Shown piece by piece: positions 10,090 to 20,267 of a DNA stretch of 64,000 bases; the first letter of the stretch is position 1, and every line of letters begins with the position of its first letter. The position numbers and the translations under genes were made by a program. The DNA comes from Thermodesulfovibrionales bacterium (lineage in GTDB: Bacteria > Nitrospirota > Thermodesulfovibrionia > Thermodesulfovibrionales > SM23-35). The stretch spans positions 30,333-94,332 of the forward strand of contig CAVQRT010000014.1 of assembly GCA_963715195.1 (NCBI GenBank), given 5' to 3'. Below the pieces are notes generated by a model. That model saw nothing but the letters and a program-made list of their open reading frames with translations. It was not told the origin of the DNA and did no database searches.

Positions 10090-11733
10090 TTACGCAGCAC
10101 TTTCGATTAATTCTTTTGCATGTTTCAGGGAGATATCCGTTATTTTACCGCTTAACATGCGGGCTATCTCATTCAGTCGCTTGCTGCCGGCAAGCTCTTC
10201 TACCCTGACGCACATCCGCTCATGGTTCTGCTGTTTATCGACCCTGAGATGGACGTCCCCTTTTGAAGCTATCTGAGGAAGATGCGTAGTACAGAGCACC
10301 TGGTGCTTCCCTGCAAGGTCCCTGAGTTTCTTCCCGACGATTTCTGCTGTCTTGCCTCCGATGCCTGAATCAATTTCGTCAAAGATGAGAACCGGCATGC
10401 TGTCGAAGTCAGCAAAAACGGTCTTCAGGGCCAGCATGATCCTTGAGAGTTCGCCGCCGGAAGCGATCTTTGCCAGCGGTTTCGGCGGTTCGCCGGCATT
10501 TGCTGAAAACAGAAATTCAATCCTGTCGATGCCGTGGGGAGAAATCTCTTCCCGGCGCATTTCTATGAGGAATTCCGCACTGCCGAACGCGAGTTCTTTC
10601 AGCTCCTTTGAGACGAGTCTTTCCATCCCCAGGGCGGCATCTTTCCTCTTCGCTGAGAGAGCAGCTGCTGCCTGCACAAGCAATGCTTCTTTCATGATAA
10701 GCTCGCTCTCGAGGGCAGCTTTCTGCTCATCAACACTCTCGAGGGCATTCATTTCTGCATCGGCATTGTCTCTGTACCGGTGAATCGCTTCAGTGCCCTC
10801 TCCATATTTTTTCCCGAGCTTTCGGATTAACGCCAACCGCTCCTCGATACTGTCGAGACTTCCGGGTTCAAATTCATATCTTCCTTTGTATCCCCTGAGG
10901 GAAACCGCGGCATCATCAAGCAGGGGCGAAGCCGATTCGAGGACGCTCTGCACTTCGGATGCGTGATGATCTATTTCAGCCATCTCCCGGAGCTTCTTCA
11001 GCAGCGCTGAAAGCTTCGCAACGCAGGAGTCATCTGCAGCGTACAGGAGCTCATAGGCTGAGTCGGAAAGCTCTTTCAGCCTGCCAAGATTGGAGACGAT
11101 CGTCTTTTGTTCGCTGAGATACTCATATTCACCAGCCTTGAGAGCAGCGGAATCGATCTCATGAATCTGAAATTTCAGCATGTCAATTCTGTCAGCACGC
11201 TCCTGAATCCTCTCCTGTAATCCGGCAACTTCCTTTCTCAACCCCTCAACTTCCCGGTAAAGCCTTTCAATACCAGCCTGTTCTTCCCGAAGCCTGCCGA
11301 AGAGGTCAAGAAACGCTCTCTGCTTATCAACGGACAAAAGACTCTGATGCTCGTGCTGCCCGTGAATATCAACAAGGGTTTTCCCAATTTCTGCCAGGCT
11401 TTGGGTGCTCACCATGGTATCGTTTATGTACGCCCTGCTCTTGCCCGAAGCAAAAATTGTTCTCCTGAGAATGAGGCCTTCGGTCATGTCGACCCCGATG
11501 TCCGGGAGATTCCGAACCCCTTCAGGCTCAAAGTATGCCTGGACATGCGCTTCTTTTTCTCCTGATCGCATGAAATCGGACTGTATCCTGCTGCCGAGGG
11601 CAAGCCCAAGGGAATCGACGATAATTGATTTCCCTGCGCCGGTCTCACCGGTCAGTACATTGAATCCTCTGCCAAACGTGACTTTCAGGTCATCGATAAT
11701 CGCGAGATTCTTTATCCTGAGTTCCTTTAACAT
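10090..11733 (-). CDS. recN: DNA repair protein RecN
   Basis: LTGETGAGKS, IHGQHEHQ, ASGGELSR, FDEIDSGIGG, THLPQIA. Confidence 0.98.
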   Translation of the reverse strand: MLKELRIKNLAIIDDLKVTFGRGFNVLTGETGAGKSIIVDSLGLALGSRIQSDFMRSGEKEAHVQAYFEPEGVRNLPDIGVDMTEGLILRRTIFASGKSRAYINDTMVSTQSLAEIGKTLVDIHGQHEHQSLLSVDKQRAFLDLFGRLREEQAGIERLYREVEGLRKEVAGLQERIQERADRIDMLKFQIHEIDSAALKAGEYEYLSEQKTIVSNLGRLKELSDSAYELLYAADDSCVAKLSALLKKLREMAEIDHHASEVQSVLESASPLLDDAAVSLRGYKGRYEFEPGSLDSIEERLALIRKLGKKYGEGTEAIHRYRDNADAEMNALESVDEQKAALESELIMKEALLVQAAAALSAKRKDAALGMERLVSKELKELAFGSAEFLIEMRREEISPHGIDRIEFLFSANAGEPPKPLAKIASGGELSRIMLALKTVFADFDSMPVLIFDEIDSGIGGKTAEIVGKKLRDLAGKHQVLCTTHLPQIASKGDVHLRVDKQQNHERMCVRVEELAGSKRLNEIARMLSGKITDISLKHAKELIESAA

Positions 11734-11830
11734 TCATTTCTTTCTCCAGATAACTGCCTATGAATCAAAAAAATACAATGACTTATTCAGAGGGAATGAA
11801 GATCATTGGGAAATAGGTTGCCATCTATTA

Positions 11831-12109
11831 TCAGTACCGGATACTGAAGCCGGTCTCCTCACCCGTATAGGACTCCCATTTCACATCGATGTTGGAAACC
11901 CGTGCTCCCGGAGGTCCTGCATGGCATTGCTGAATTGCCTGCTGAATCAGCTTTTTCTGGCCCTCGAAAACAGCCTCGACCCTTCCGTCTCTGAGATTTT
12001 TTACCCAGCCGTTCAATCCCAGGGCATGCGCCACCTCTCTGGTAAAGCCCCTGTAAAAAACACCCTGCACCCTTCCATCAATAAACAGATGAGCCTTTGC
12101 CTCTTCCAT
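11831..12109 (-). CDS. acyP: acylphosphatase
   Basis: GRVQGVFYR, GWVKNLRDGRVE, GPPGARV. Confidence 0.95.
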   Translation of the reverse strand: MEEAKAHLFIDGRVQGVFYRGFTREVAHALGLNGWVKNLRDGRVEAVFEGQKKLIQQAIQQCHAGPPGARVSNIDVKWESYTGEETGFSIRY

Positions 12110-12139
12110 ATCGTGAAATTATAGCATAATTTTGAAGTG

Positions 12140-12901
12140 TTACTCTCCAAGGTAAGCCCTCCGTACCTGCTCATCGCTCAGGAGATCGTTACTGGTTCCT
12201 TCAAGGGCGACCCGGCCGCTTTCAAGGACATAGCCCCTGTCCGAAAGCTTCATAGCAGCACGTGCATTCTGCTCAACGAGGAGTACCGTGACTCCCTCGC
12301 GGTTAATTTCCCTGATGATCTTGAAAATCCTGCCTGCGACGATCGGGGCGAGTCCGAGAGACGGTTCATCAAGGAGCAGAAGTTTTGGCCTGGACATGAG
12401 AGCCCTGCCTATGGCGAGCATCTGCTGTTCACCACCACTCAGAGTTCCCCCTAACTGCTTCTGTCTGTCTTTGAGTACAGGGAACAGTTCATAGATTTTT
12501 TCACATTGGGATTTCGGGAGCTGATGGTTCGTTCCTGGTTCCCTGAAACCTGATAACCGTCCTCTGCTCAGGGAATACGCTCCCATCTCAAGATTCTCTT
12601 TTACCGTGAGCTTCGGGAAAATCCTCCTTCCTTCTGGAACCTGACTGATACCCATTTTGACGATGTCGTGCGGAGGAATTCCGGCAATGCTTCTCTCTTT
12701 GAAAACAATGTTCCCGGAACGGGGTTTCAGAACGCCGGATATCGTCATGAGAGCGGTGGATTTCCCGGCCCCGTTGTTCCCGATGATGCAGACAATTTCA
12801 CCCTCTCCGATCTCGATATTCACCCCTTTTAAGGCTTCAACCTGGCCGTAGAATGTGTGGATATGTTCAAGCTTCAGCAAGTCTGGCGCCCCCTTAGTCA
12901 A
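12140..12901 (-). CDS. livF: branched-chain amino acid ABC transporter ATPase
   Basis: GNNGAGKST, VPEGRRIF, LSGGEQQMLAIGRALM. Confidence 0.93.
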   Translation of the reverse strand: MTKGAPDLLKLEHIHTFYGQVEALKGVNIEIGEGEIVCIIGNNGAGKSTALMTISGVLKPRSGNIVFKERSIAGIPPHDIVKMGISQVPEGRRIFPKLTVKENLEMGAYSLSRGRLSGFREPGTNHQLPKSQCEKIYELFPVLKDRQKQLGGTLSGGEQQMLAIGRALMSRPKLLLLDEPSLGLAPIVAGRIFKIIREINREGVTVLLVEQNARAAMKLSDRGYVLESGRVALEGTSNDLLSDEQVRRAYLGE

Positions 12902-13659
12902 TGTTCCTTCCCGAGATATGCCTCGATAACAACCGGATCTCTCCGAATATCGCCAGGAAGACCCTCTGCGATCTTAACCCCATGATTCAGAACGGCAATC
13001 CAGTCGGAAATCCCCATGACAACTTTCATGTCATGCTCGATAAGGAGGACGGTTTTGCCGAGTCTTTTTATGTCTGATATCAGATGCATGACTTCAGCGG
13101 TTTCCTGTGGGTTCATCCCGGCGGCAGGTTCGTCGAGTAAGAGCAATACCGGGTCTGTAGCCAGAGCTCTCGCTATCTCGAGCCTTCTCTGGGCACCGTA
13201 CGGGAGACTCCCCGAAATGCCGTGGACATGATCTGCCAACCCGACAAACGAAAGGTATTCAAACGCCTTTTCTCTCACCTCACGCTCTTCGCTTTGAAAT
13301 TTCTTCCATCTGGTGATCGCACCCAATAATCCTGACCGGGTTCTGGCATGCTGGGCTACCATGACATTTTCCAGAACTGACATTTCTTTGAAGAGCCTGA
13401 TGTTCTGGAAAGTCCTTGATATCCCCTGTCTGACAATTTCATGAGGTGCATAAGAAGTGATCTCACGGTCAGAAAAACGGACATGTCCTTTGGTGGGGCG
13501 GGACAGCCCGGTCAGGCAATTGAATATGGTTGTTTTGCCTGCCCCATTCGGACCGATGACGCTCATGATAATGCCGCCTTTCACCCTGAGGTCGAGTTCT
13601 TCGACGGCTTTGATGCCGCCGAAATACATTGACAGCCCTCTAACTTCTAACAGATACAC
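12898..13659 (-). CDS. livG: branched-chain amino acid ABC transporter ATPase
   Basis: GPNGAGKTT, RTFQNIRLF, LPYGAQRRLEIARALA; start chosen at the GTG overlapping the livM end. Confidence 0.93.
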   Translation of the reverse strand: MYLLEVRGLSMYFGGIKAVEELDLRVKGGIIMSVIGPNGAGKTTIFNCLTGLSRPTKGHVRFSDREITSYAPHEIVRQGISRTFQNIRLFKEMSVLENVMVAQHARTRSGLLGAITRWKKFQSEEREVREKAFEYLSFVGLADHVHGISGSLPYGAQRRLEIARALATDPVLLLLDEPAAGMNPQETAEVMHLISDIKRLGKTVLLIEHDMKVVMGISDWIAVLNHGVKIAEGLPGDIRRDPVVIEAYLGKEH

Positions 13660-14827
13660 CCCTGCCTCCAAACAAACCTTGGGGTCTGAATACCATGAGA
13701 AGGACGAGACCGGCACCAAGCGCGAGCATCCGGTAGAGCTGAATTTCCCTCAGCATTTCGGGCAATAAAACAAGAATGAACGCACCAAGGACAACTCCCC
13801 GGATGCTGCCGAGCCCTCCGAGGATGACCATGCAGAGTATCAGGACTGATTCCATAAAGGTGAAGCTTTCCGGTGATACAAATCTCATCTTCGCCGCAAA
13901 CACGGTTCCGGCAAGACCAGCCCAGAAGGCACCAAATGCGAATGCATAGAGTTTATAAACGGTGATATTGATGCCCATCATGGAGGACGCTATTTCATCT
14001 TCCCTTATTGCTACCCATGCCCTCCCGATTCTGGATGCGTAAACTCTCTTCGTGACGAAAAAAGTCAGAAGGACAAAGAACAGGACCAGATAATAAAAAT
14101 ACGATAATGTCTCCAACGACAGGGAGAGGATTTCCGGTACAGAAATTCCTGAAATGCCGTTCGGTCCTTTGGTGAGGCTATCCCAGTTGTTGAGGATGAG
14201 CCTCGTTATTTCTCCGAACCCAAGCGTTACGATCGCGAGATAATCCCCCCGTAACCGCAAAGCCGGAACAGCAAGGAGAAAGCCGGCGATGGTTGAAAGC
14301 CCCACAGAAACGGGCAAAGCGGTCCAGAAACCGAGGCCGAATTTTGTATTCAGGAGGGCATAGGAATACGCACCGATAGCATAGAAGGCTACAAAACCGA
14401 GGTTCAGAAGACCTGCAAAGCCTACCACAATGTTCAACCCAAGCGCGAGGATAATGTAGATGCCGACAAGCACGGTGATGTCGAGAAAGTAGTCCTCCAG
14501 AATGAGCGGCATGGCGAACAGGCAAAGCAGGCTCATGTATCGAATCGCGAAAATACTCTTGCGGGAGAAAAGGGCTCCTTCACTTAATCGACGGCCGAAT
14601 ATTCTTGCGGAGGATGCCAGGGTATTTTTGTACCGGGCGAGAAAACGCCATGAAAGGAGAACGGCTGAAACAATTACGAAGAAAAGAACTGCGGCCTTTA
14701 TCCCTTTGAAGGGAAGAAAAAGGAAAGACAGCCATAAGGCAATGACAAGGGGTTTGAAAACCCTTCCGGTTTCCCCGGTGCGAAACGGTGGTAAAGCGGG
14801 ATTATCATCCGTATATCTCTTAAGCAT
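13640..14827 (-). CDS. livM: branched-chain amino acid ABC transporter permease
   Basis: GLNIVVGFAGLLNLG, LRLRGDYLAIVTLGFGE. Confidence 0.93.
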   Translation of the reverse strand: MLKRYTDDNPALPPFRTGETGRVFKPLVIALWLSFLFLPFKGIKAAVLFFVIVSAVLLSWRFLARYKNTLASSARIFGRRLSEGALFSRKSIFAIRYMSLLCLFAMPLILEDYFLDITVLVGIYIILALGLNIVVGFAGLLNLGFVAFYAIGAYSYALLNTKFGLGFWTALPVSVGLSTIAGFLLAVPALRLRGDYLAIVTLGFGEITRLILNNWDSLTKGPNGISGISVPEILSLSLETLSYFYYLVLFFVLLTFFVTKRVYASRIGRAWVAIREDEIASSMMGINITVYKLYAFAFGAFWAGLAGTVFAAKMRFVSPESFTFMESVLILCMVILGGLGSIRGVVLGAFILVLLPEMLREIQLYRMLALGAGLVLLMVFRPQGLFGGRGVSVRS

Positions 14828-14868
14828 ATCCGTGTGGTTGAAACAGGCATACTCTTTTAATCATACAT

Positions 14869-15771
14869 TCAGACTTTTTCCAGTTCCGCTTTTCCGAAGA
14901 GGCCTCCCGGTTTTATGAGAAGGATGACGATCAGGATGATGAACGCGTAAGCGTCTTTATACTCACCGGAAATATAGCTGCCGCCCAGGCTCTCGACAAG
15001 GCCCAGCAGAATTCCGCCCACCATGGCTCCCCTGATGCTGCCTATCCCGCCGAGGACAGCAGCGGTGAATGCTTTAATGCCTGCGATATAGCCGATGAAA
15101 TAGTTGACCAGTCCGTAGTACATGGCGACCATTAACCCCGCAACGGCCGCAAGCCCTGAGCCGATGATAAAGGTGACTGAAATGACGGTGTCGATGTTTA
15201 TGCCCAAAAGAGCGGCCATTGTCTTATCCTGTGCTACTGCCCTCATTGCCGTTCCTATCCTTGTTTTTCTCACAAAGAAACGGAGAATGATCATTAAAAT
15301 GACTGATGTGAGGATTATGAAAAGCTGCAAAAAGGTCATTCTCACCGACAGGAACTGGAAACCGGAGGCCCCGAATATATGGGGGAAAACCTTATCCGTT
15401 GCCCCCTGGGTGAGCATGACATAATTTTGGAGAAATATGGATACACCGATTGCACTGATAAGCGGACTGAGCCTGGAGGCGTTTCTGAGTGGTTTATACG
15501 CTATTTTTTCTACGGTAAAACCATAGCTTGAACAGACGATAACCGAGAGGATGATGGTGAGCAGCAACGACAGCGGCAGATTCCAGGCTGTAAGACCGAT
15601 GGCAGTAAAAAAGGACAGGAATATTATGCCGAGGTAGGCGCCAAGCATGTAAATCTCGCCGTGGGCAAAATTAATGAGTTCTAGGATTCCGTATACCATT
15701 GTATACCCGAGAGCAATAAGGGCATAGACACTGCCGAGAGTAAGGCCATTTATTAACTGCTGGAGAAACAT
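14869..15771 (-). CDS. livH: branched-chain amino acid ABC transporter permease
   Basis: QQLINGLTLGSVYALIALGYTMVYG, INFAHGE, KAFTAAVLGGIG. Confidence 0.95.
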   Translation of the reverse strand: MFLQQLINGLTLGSVYALIALGYTMVYGILELINFAHGEIYMLGAYLGIIFLSFFTAIGLTAWNLPLSLLLTIILSVIVCSSYGFTVEKIAYKPLRNASRLSPLISAIGVSIFLQNYVMLTQGATDKVFPHIFGASGFQFLSVRMTFLQLFIILTSVILMIILRFFVRKTRIGTAMRAVAQDKTMAALLGINIDTVISVTFIIGSGLAAVAGLMVAMYYGLVNYFIGYIAGIKAFTAAVLGGIGSIRGAMVGGILLGLVESLGGSYISGEYKDAYAFIILIVILLIKPGGLFGKAELEKV

Positions 15772-15916
15772 GAGGCATTTTAACAGAAAAAATTCCGGAG
15801 AGCAAAAAAGAAGCCCGTTTCGGAAGAGAACTATCCCTGCAAAATTACCCTTGAAATAAAATTAAGCATTTGCTAACATAAATAAAACATGCCTTTTCAG
15901 GAAAGGAGGTGAAACA

Positions 15917-16279
15917 ATGCGAAAAATCATGGGGATTGTTATGGCATTCGTCCTTGTACTCTCTTTTTCGGGACTCGCTCCTGCAATTGATGATAAGCCT
16001 TCCGGTAACAAAACGCGGGTAAAAGCGAAACAGATCACGGGAGAAGTTACCGAAATCGATGTGAAAGCCCAAACGGTGAGTGTTCGGGGAAAGAACGGCA
16101 CTGTCTCTGTCGGACTAACCGATAAGACAAAGGTTACAATGAATAAAGAACCCAAAACCCTCTCGGATGTTCAGATTGGGGATCGAGTAACAGTAAAGTA
16201 CAAGGATGCCGATGGCAGGCAGACGGCAAAAAGCATCGAGATCAAGTCAGCGTCCAAAAAACCGAACCTTCCGACGTAG
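15917..16279 (+). CDS. exported small beta-rich protein (OB-fold/DUF5666-like)
   Basis: Strong AGGAGGTG RBS, signal peptide, ITGEV..IDVKA.TV...GDRVTVKY pattern. Confidence 0.75.
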   Translation: MRKIMGIVMAFVLVLSFSGLAPAIDDKPSGNKTRVKAKQITGEVTEIDVKAQTVSVRGKNGTVSVGLTDKTKVTMNKEPKTLSDVQIGDRVTVKYKDADGRQTAKSIEIKSASKKPNLPT

Positions 16280-16300
16280 CGGTTGGGAAATCATCCATGG

Positions 16301-16336
16301 ATCAATGGGCACTCAGGGCTCTGCGTGCCCATTGAA
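16301..16336. terminator. stem-loop after the 15917 gene
   Basis: tcaatgggcac ... gtgcccattga perfect inverted repeat; no clear U-tract. Confidence 0.5.
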
Positions 16337-16573
16337 TCTGTATGCTCATCAACAAGAGCATCGTGAAAAAGCCGTATATTGTTCGATTGGACTTATCGTT
16401 ATCCATCCCAGGTAAAGTACTCACAATGTCCCTCAGGAACTTTTTTCTGAACCTATCCTTAAATAAAAAACTGATCGGAATGTTGCTCTCCCTCATTAAA
16501 GGCCCGATCCATTAGGGCGCCTTCCTGCCCCTTTTCCTGTATAATAGTCCATTCATAATGACGGGAGGGTGTC

Positions 16574-17746
16574 TTGAAGAAAAAAATTTCGGTTGAGCTC
16601 GCTTCGAGAGTAAAACATCTGCCGCCTTATCTTTTCGCTTCTATTGATAAAATGAAGCAGCAGGCTTTACGAAAGGGGACGGATCTCATCGACCTGAGCA
16701 TCGGCGATCCGGACATCCCGACTCCTTCACAAATCGTGCAGGCGATGAAGAAGGCTGTAGAAGACCCCCTGCATCACCGCTATCCTTCCTATGAAGGCAT
16801 GCTCTCTTTCCGGCAGGCTGTTGCCAAATGGTATACGAGAAGATTTCATGTGAATATTGATCCCGGGAAAGAGGTATTGTCACTCATCGGATCAAAGGAA
16901 GGTATCGGCCATATCCCTCTGGCATTTGTCAATCCCGGCGATACGGTGCTCGTTCCGTCCCCGGGATATCCTGTCTATCCTGTCGGGACGCTCTTTGCCG
17001 GCGGGACGAGTTATTTTATGCCGCTCAGAGAGGAAAATAAATTCTTGCCGGATATTGACCGGATACCGAAAAATATTCTCAAGAAAGCAAAACTTATCTT
17101 TCTGAATTATCCGAACAATCCGACTTCGGCTGCGGCGCCCCCTGATTTTTTCAAGGAGGTGATCAGGATTGCGCTTCAATATAACATCATCGTCTGCCAC
17201 GATGCTTCATATACAGAAATTTATTACGATGAAAAACCGCTCAGCTTCATGCAGATACCGGGGGCGAAAGACGTGGGTATCGAATTCCACTCACTTTCCA
17301 AGACATACAACATGACAGGGTGGAGGATAGGTTTTGCTGTCGGCAATCGGGAAATACTCGGCGGTCTCGGGAAGATCAAGACAAACCTTGATTCCGGGGT
17401 ATTCCAGGCTATTCAGGAGGCTGGTATCAGAGCGCTCGCGATGAGCCAGGAGGCCCTTGCTCCGATCAGAAAGACCTATCAGGAGAGGCTCAATATTCTC
17501 TATAATGGCTTGACCAGGCTTGGTATGCAGCTCACGAAACCGAAAGCGACATTCTATCTCTGGGTAAAAGTGCCTCCCCGCTTCACGTCCATGCGATTTG
17601 CAGCGCACCTTCTCGACAAGGCGGGGGTTCTTGCAACGCCGGGGAACGGATTTGGGGATGCGGGAGAGGGGTACATTCGGTTTGCATTGACTGCTCCGTC
17701 TCGCAGAATCAGGGAGGCGGTTGAAAGGATCAGCAGGATCCTCTGA
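16574..17746 (+). CDS. dapL: LL-diaminopimelate aminotransferase (class I/II)
   Basis: LPPYLFA, LIGSKEGIGH, NYPNNPT, EFHSLSKTYNMTGWRIG. Confidence 0.88.
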   Translation: MKKKISVELASRVKHLPPYLFASIDKMKQQALRKGTDLIDLSIGDPDIPTPSQIVQAMKKAVEDPLHHRYPSYEGMLSFRQAVAKWYTRRFHVNIDPGKEVLSLIGSKEGIGHIPLAFVNPGDTVLVPSPGYPVYPVGTLFAGGTSYFMPLREENKFLPDIDRIPKNILKKAKLIFLNYPNNPTSAAAPPDFFKEVIRIALQYNIIVCHDASYTEIYYDEKPLSFMQIPGAKDVGIEFHSLSKTYNMTGWRIGFAVGNREILGGLGKIKTNLDSGVFQAIQEAGIRALAMSQEALAPIRKTYQERLNILYNGLTRLGMQLTKPKATFYLWVKVPPRFTSMRFAAHLLDKAGVLATPGNGFGDAGEGYIRFALTAPSRRIREAVERISRIL

Positions 17747-17794
17747 TCCTGACCAGTCCCCTGTGATCATCTGAGATACTTTTTTTGATGTAAA

Positions 17795-18286
17795 ATGGCA
17801 ATTGTATACCTCAGTCTCGGGTCGAATCTCGGGGACCGGAAGAAAAATCTCGACAAGGCTATAGAACTCCTGAAGGAGCGGGGGATTTTTGTAAAAAAAA
17901 GATCTTCTCTCTACGAAACGGAACCATGGGGAAAGAGTAATCAGCCACTGTTTCTCAATATGGCGTTGGAAATAGAGACAGTACTCGAGCCCCAGGCCCT
18001 TTTAAACACACTGCAGAATGTGGAGGCCGAAGCAGGAAGGAAGAAATCTTATAAATGGGGTCCCCGCATCATAGATCTTGACATTCTTCTCTATAACCAT
18101 ATCATATTAAATGAAGATGCTTTGAAGATCCCCCATCCTTTTATGCACGAGAGGGAGTATGTTTTGAAACCATTAGATGAGATTGCACCGGATGTCCTGC
18201 ATCCTGTGCTGCACGTGCGCATCCATGAACTCTTTGTCCGATTGGGCTGGCAGTCAACGATGAACCATGGAATATCTGAATATTGA
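17795..18286 (+). CDS. folK: 2-amino-4-hydroxy-6-hydroxymethyldihydropteridine pyrophosphokinase
   Basis: YLSLGSNLGD, SSLYETEPWG, WGPRIIDLDIL, IPHP. Confidence 0.97.
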   Translation: MAIVYLSLGSNLGDRKKNLDKAIELLKERGIFVKKRSSLYETEPWGKSNQPLFLNMALEIETVLEPQALLNTLQNVEAEAGRKKSYKWGPRIIDLDILLYNHIILNEDALKIPHPFMHEREYVLKPLDEIAPDVLHPVLHVRIHELFVRLGWQSTMNHGISEY

Positions 18287-20267
18287 TACGCTTTCTGCCC
18301 TCCAGGACCATCTTGCCAAATTAACAGGCCTTTCTCTTGCCCTTTATGGTGAAAGAGGCAATGTTCTTATGCCTCCGGTCAATGAAAATAAACTTTTGTC
18401 ATCCCTGAGGGCTCTGCCGGGAGGGAGAGATGAATATCATGATTTCATAAAGAATGTCATTGAGAAGGCGCTCCAGAGAACCGACATTTCCTTCTTTAAA
18501 GGTCCCGGCGAGATGTATTACTTCCTTATGCCGGTCCGTGTCGAAGACTCGACGGTTATTGTAGCCGGCGGTGGGGTGTTCGTCTCTGCTGCTGATCGTG
18601 ATACTTTTCTCAAAACAACAGGCGCTGCTTACGGCTTTACGCCGGATCAACAAAAAGCCATGATTCAGGAGATACCGATAAGAGACCTTGCCGAACTGCA
18701 GGATGCTGCACGGAATGTCTGTTCAATTTTCAGCCTCGGACTTCAGAGCAGCTGCAAAGAGACGTTTCTCGAGAAAAGGTTCAGACTCATAAAAACGGTT
18801 TTCAGTCTTCTCTCAGAAATACACCGTGAACAACAGGCTGATGAGATGTATGACATCATACTCGATATGATCCTCTTCCTGTTTAATGCCGAGAGTATAG
18901 CTGTCATGATCAGGGATAACCGCACCTTTAACCCTCATAAATCGGCCGGGAAATTCAGGGATTACCTGCAGACGGTATCTTTAGAGACAACCGGTATGCT
19001 TGCTGAAGTCGTTGAGAGGCAACAACCCCTCTATTCAGAATCTGTCATGGATCTCCTCCGGTTTGGTTTCAGTGACAAAATTACTTCAATGTATGTTTTC
19101 CCGATCATATCTGATGATACCGTAACCGGTCTGTTGAATATTTATAACTCTGTTCTCTCTCAGGAAGATTCCGAGATAATTTTTGAAACGTGCAGGACGA
19201 TAAGCGGCTCTCTCAGAATTTCGAAGCTTCGGGAGATATACCAGAAATGTCTGAAGGAGATGGAAGTCCTGAATACGGCCGCTTCGCGTCTCATTCCCAT
19301 CAAAGAGCCGGATATGCTCTATGAAACGATACTGGACATGTCCGTTTATCTTACCGAAGCCGAAAAGGGCTCGCTGATGCTTGTCAGCGATGATGCCGCA
19401 TGCCTTACGGTAAAGGCTGCCAAGGGGATCAACCGGAGGCTTCTGACGGATATCAGGATACGGGCCGGCGAAGGAATTGCCGGCTGGGTATTCAGAGAAG
19501 GTGTCCCGCTCGTGATGGAAGACATCGAAAAGAATGAATGGGGATTCCCGAAAAGGCATAAATACAAGACAGGCTCGTTCATCAGCTTACCCCTGAAAAT
19601 CGGGGAGAAAACCATCGGTGTGCTCAACATGTCTGACAAGATTACCGGTGAAGTTTTTTCAGCAGAAGATATGGCGCTCATCAGTTCCTTTGCAGCCTAT
19701 GCTTCAATCGCGCTCGAGCGCTCAACCTATTACAGGCTCGCAGGGCATTTGAAAGAGCTGTCTATTACCGATTCCCTCACGGGGCTTTTCAACAGACGCT
19801 ATTTTGAGGAGAGATTCTTTGAAGAGCTGAACCGTTCTGATCGTCATAATCTGTCTTTTTCTCTTTCGATGATCGACATCGATGATTTCAAACTCTTTAA
19901 CGATTCCGAAGGGCACCTTGCAGGCGATGAAATTCTCAAGTCTATCGCCGATATTGCGAAAGACTGCCTGCGCGTGAGTGATGTAATAGCGAGGTTTGGC
20001 GGAGAGGAATTCGCCGTCATCATGCCGCAGACGGAGCGGGAAGAAGCGATTCTGGTCTCGGAGAGAATCCGAAAATCCATAAAAGAAGAGATACCCTGTA
20101 CCTGGAGCACCTTCCCGAGAAAATCGATAACGGTCAGCATCGGCATTGCAACCTTCCCTTTCGACGGAAAAGAGAGAAAGGAACTCATACGGAACGCCGA
20201 CAAGGCTCTGTACGTCGCCAAGATGGAGGGGAAAGACAGGACAGTCCTCTGGCAGTACAAAAGCTAA
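18267..20267 (+). CDS. diguanylate cyclase with PocR-like and tandem GAF domains
   Basis: DSLTGLFNRR, DIDDFK.FND..GH..GD, RVSD I-site, GGEEF; GAF-like central segments. Confidence 0.92.
   Translation: MEYLNIDTLSALQDHLAKLTGLSLALYGERGNVLMPPVNENKLLSSLRALPGGRDEYHDFIKNVIEKALQRTDISFFKGPGEMYYFLMPVRVEDSTVIVAGGGVFVSAADRDTFLKTTGAAYGFTPDQQKAMIQEIPIRDLAELQDAARNVCSIFSLGLQSSCKETFLEKRFRLIKTVFSLLSEIHREQQADEMYDIILDMILFLFNAESIAVMIRDNRTFNPHKSAGKFRDYLQTVSLETTGMLAEVVERQQPLYSESVMDLLRFGFSDKITSMYVFPIISDDTVTGLLNIYNSVLSQEDSEIIFETCRTISGSLRISKLREIYQKCLKEMEVLNTAASRLIPIKEPDMLYETILDMSVYLTEAEKGSLMLVSDDAACLTVKAAKGINRRLLTDIRIRAGEGIAGWVFREGVPLVMEDIEKNEWGFPKRHKYKTGSFISLPLKIGEKTIGVLNMSDKITGEVFSAEDMALISSFAAYASIALERSTYYRLAGHLKELSITDSLTGLFNRRYFEERFFEELNRSDRHNLSFSLSMIDIDDFKLFNDSEGHLAGDEILKSIADIAKDCLRVSDVIARFGGEEFAVIMPQTEREEAILVSERIRKSIKEEIPCTWSTFPRKSITVSIGIATFPFDGKERKELIRNADKALYVAKMEGKDRTVLWQYKS

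Noticed and set aside
16302..16496. 64-aa minus-strand ORF
   Set aside because: Runs through the hairpin after the 15917 gene; no RBS or motif support.
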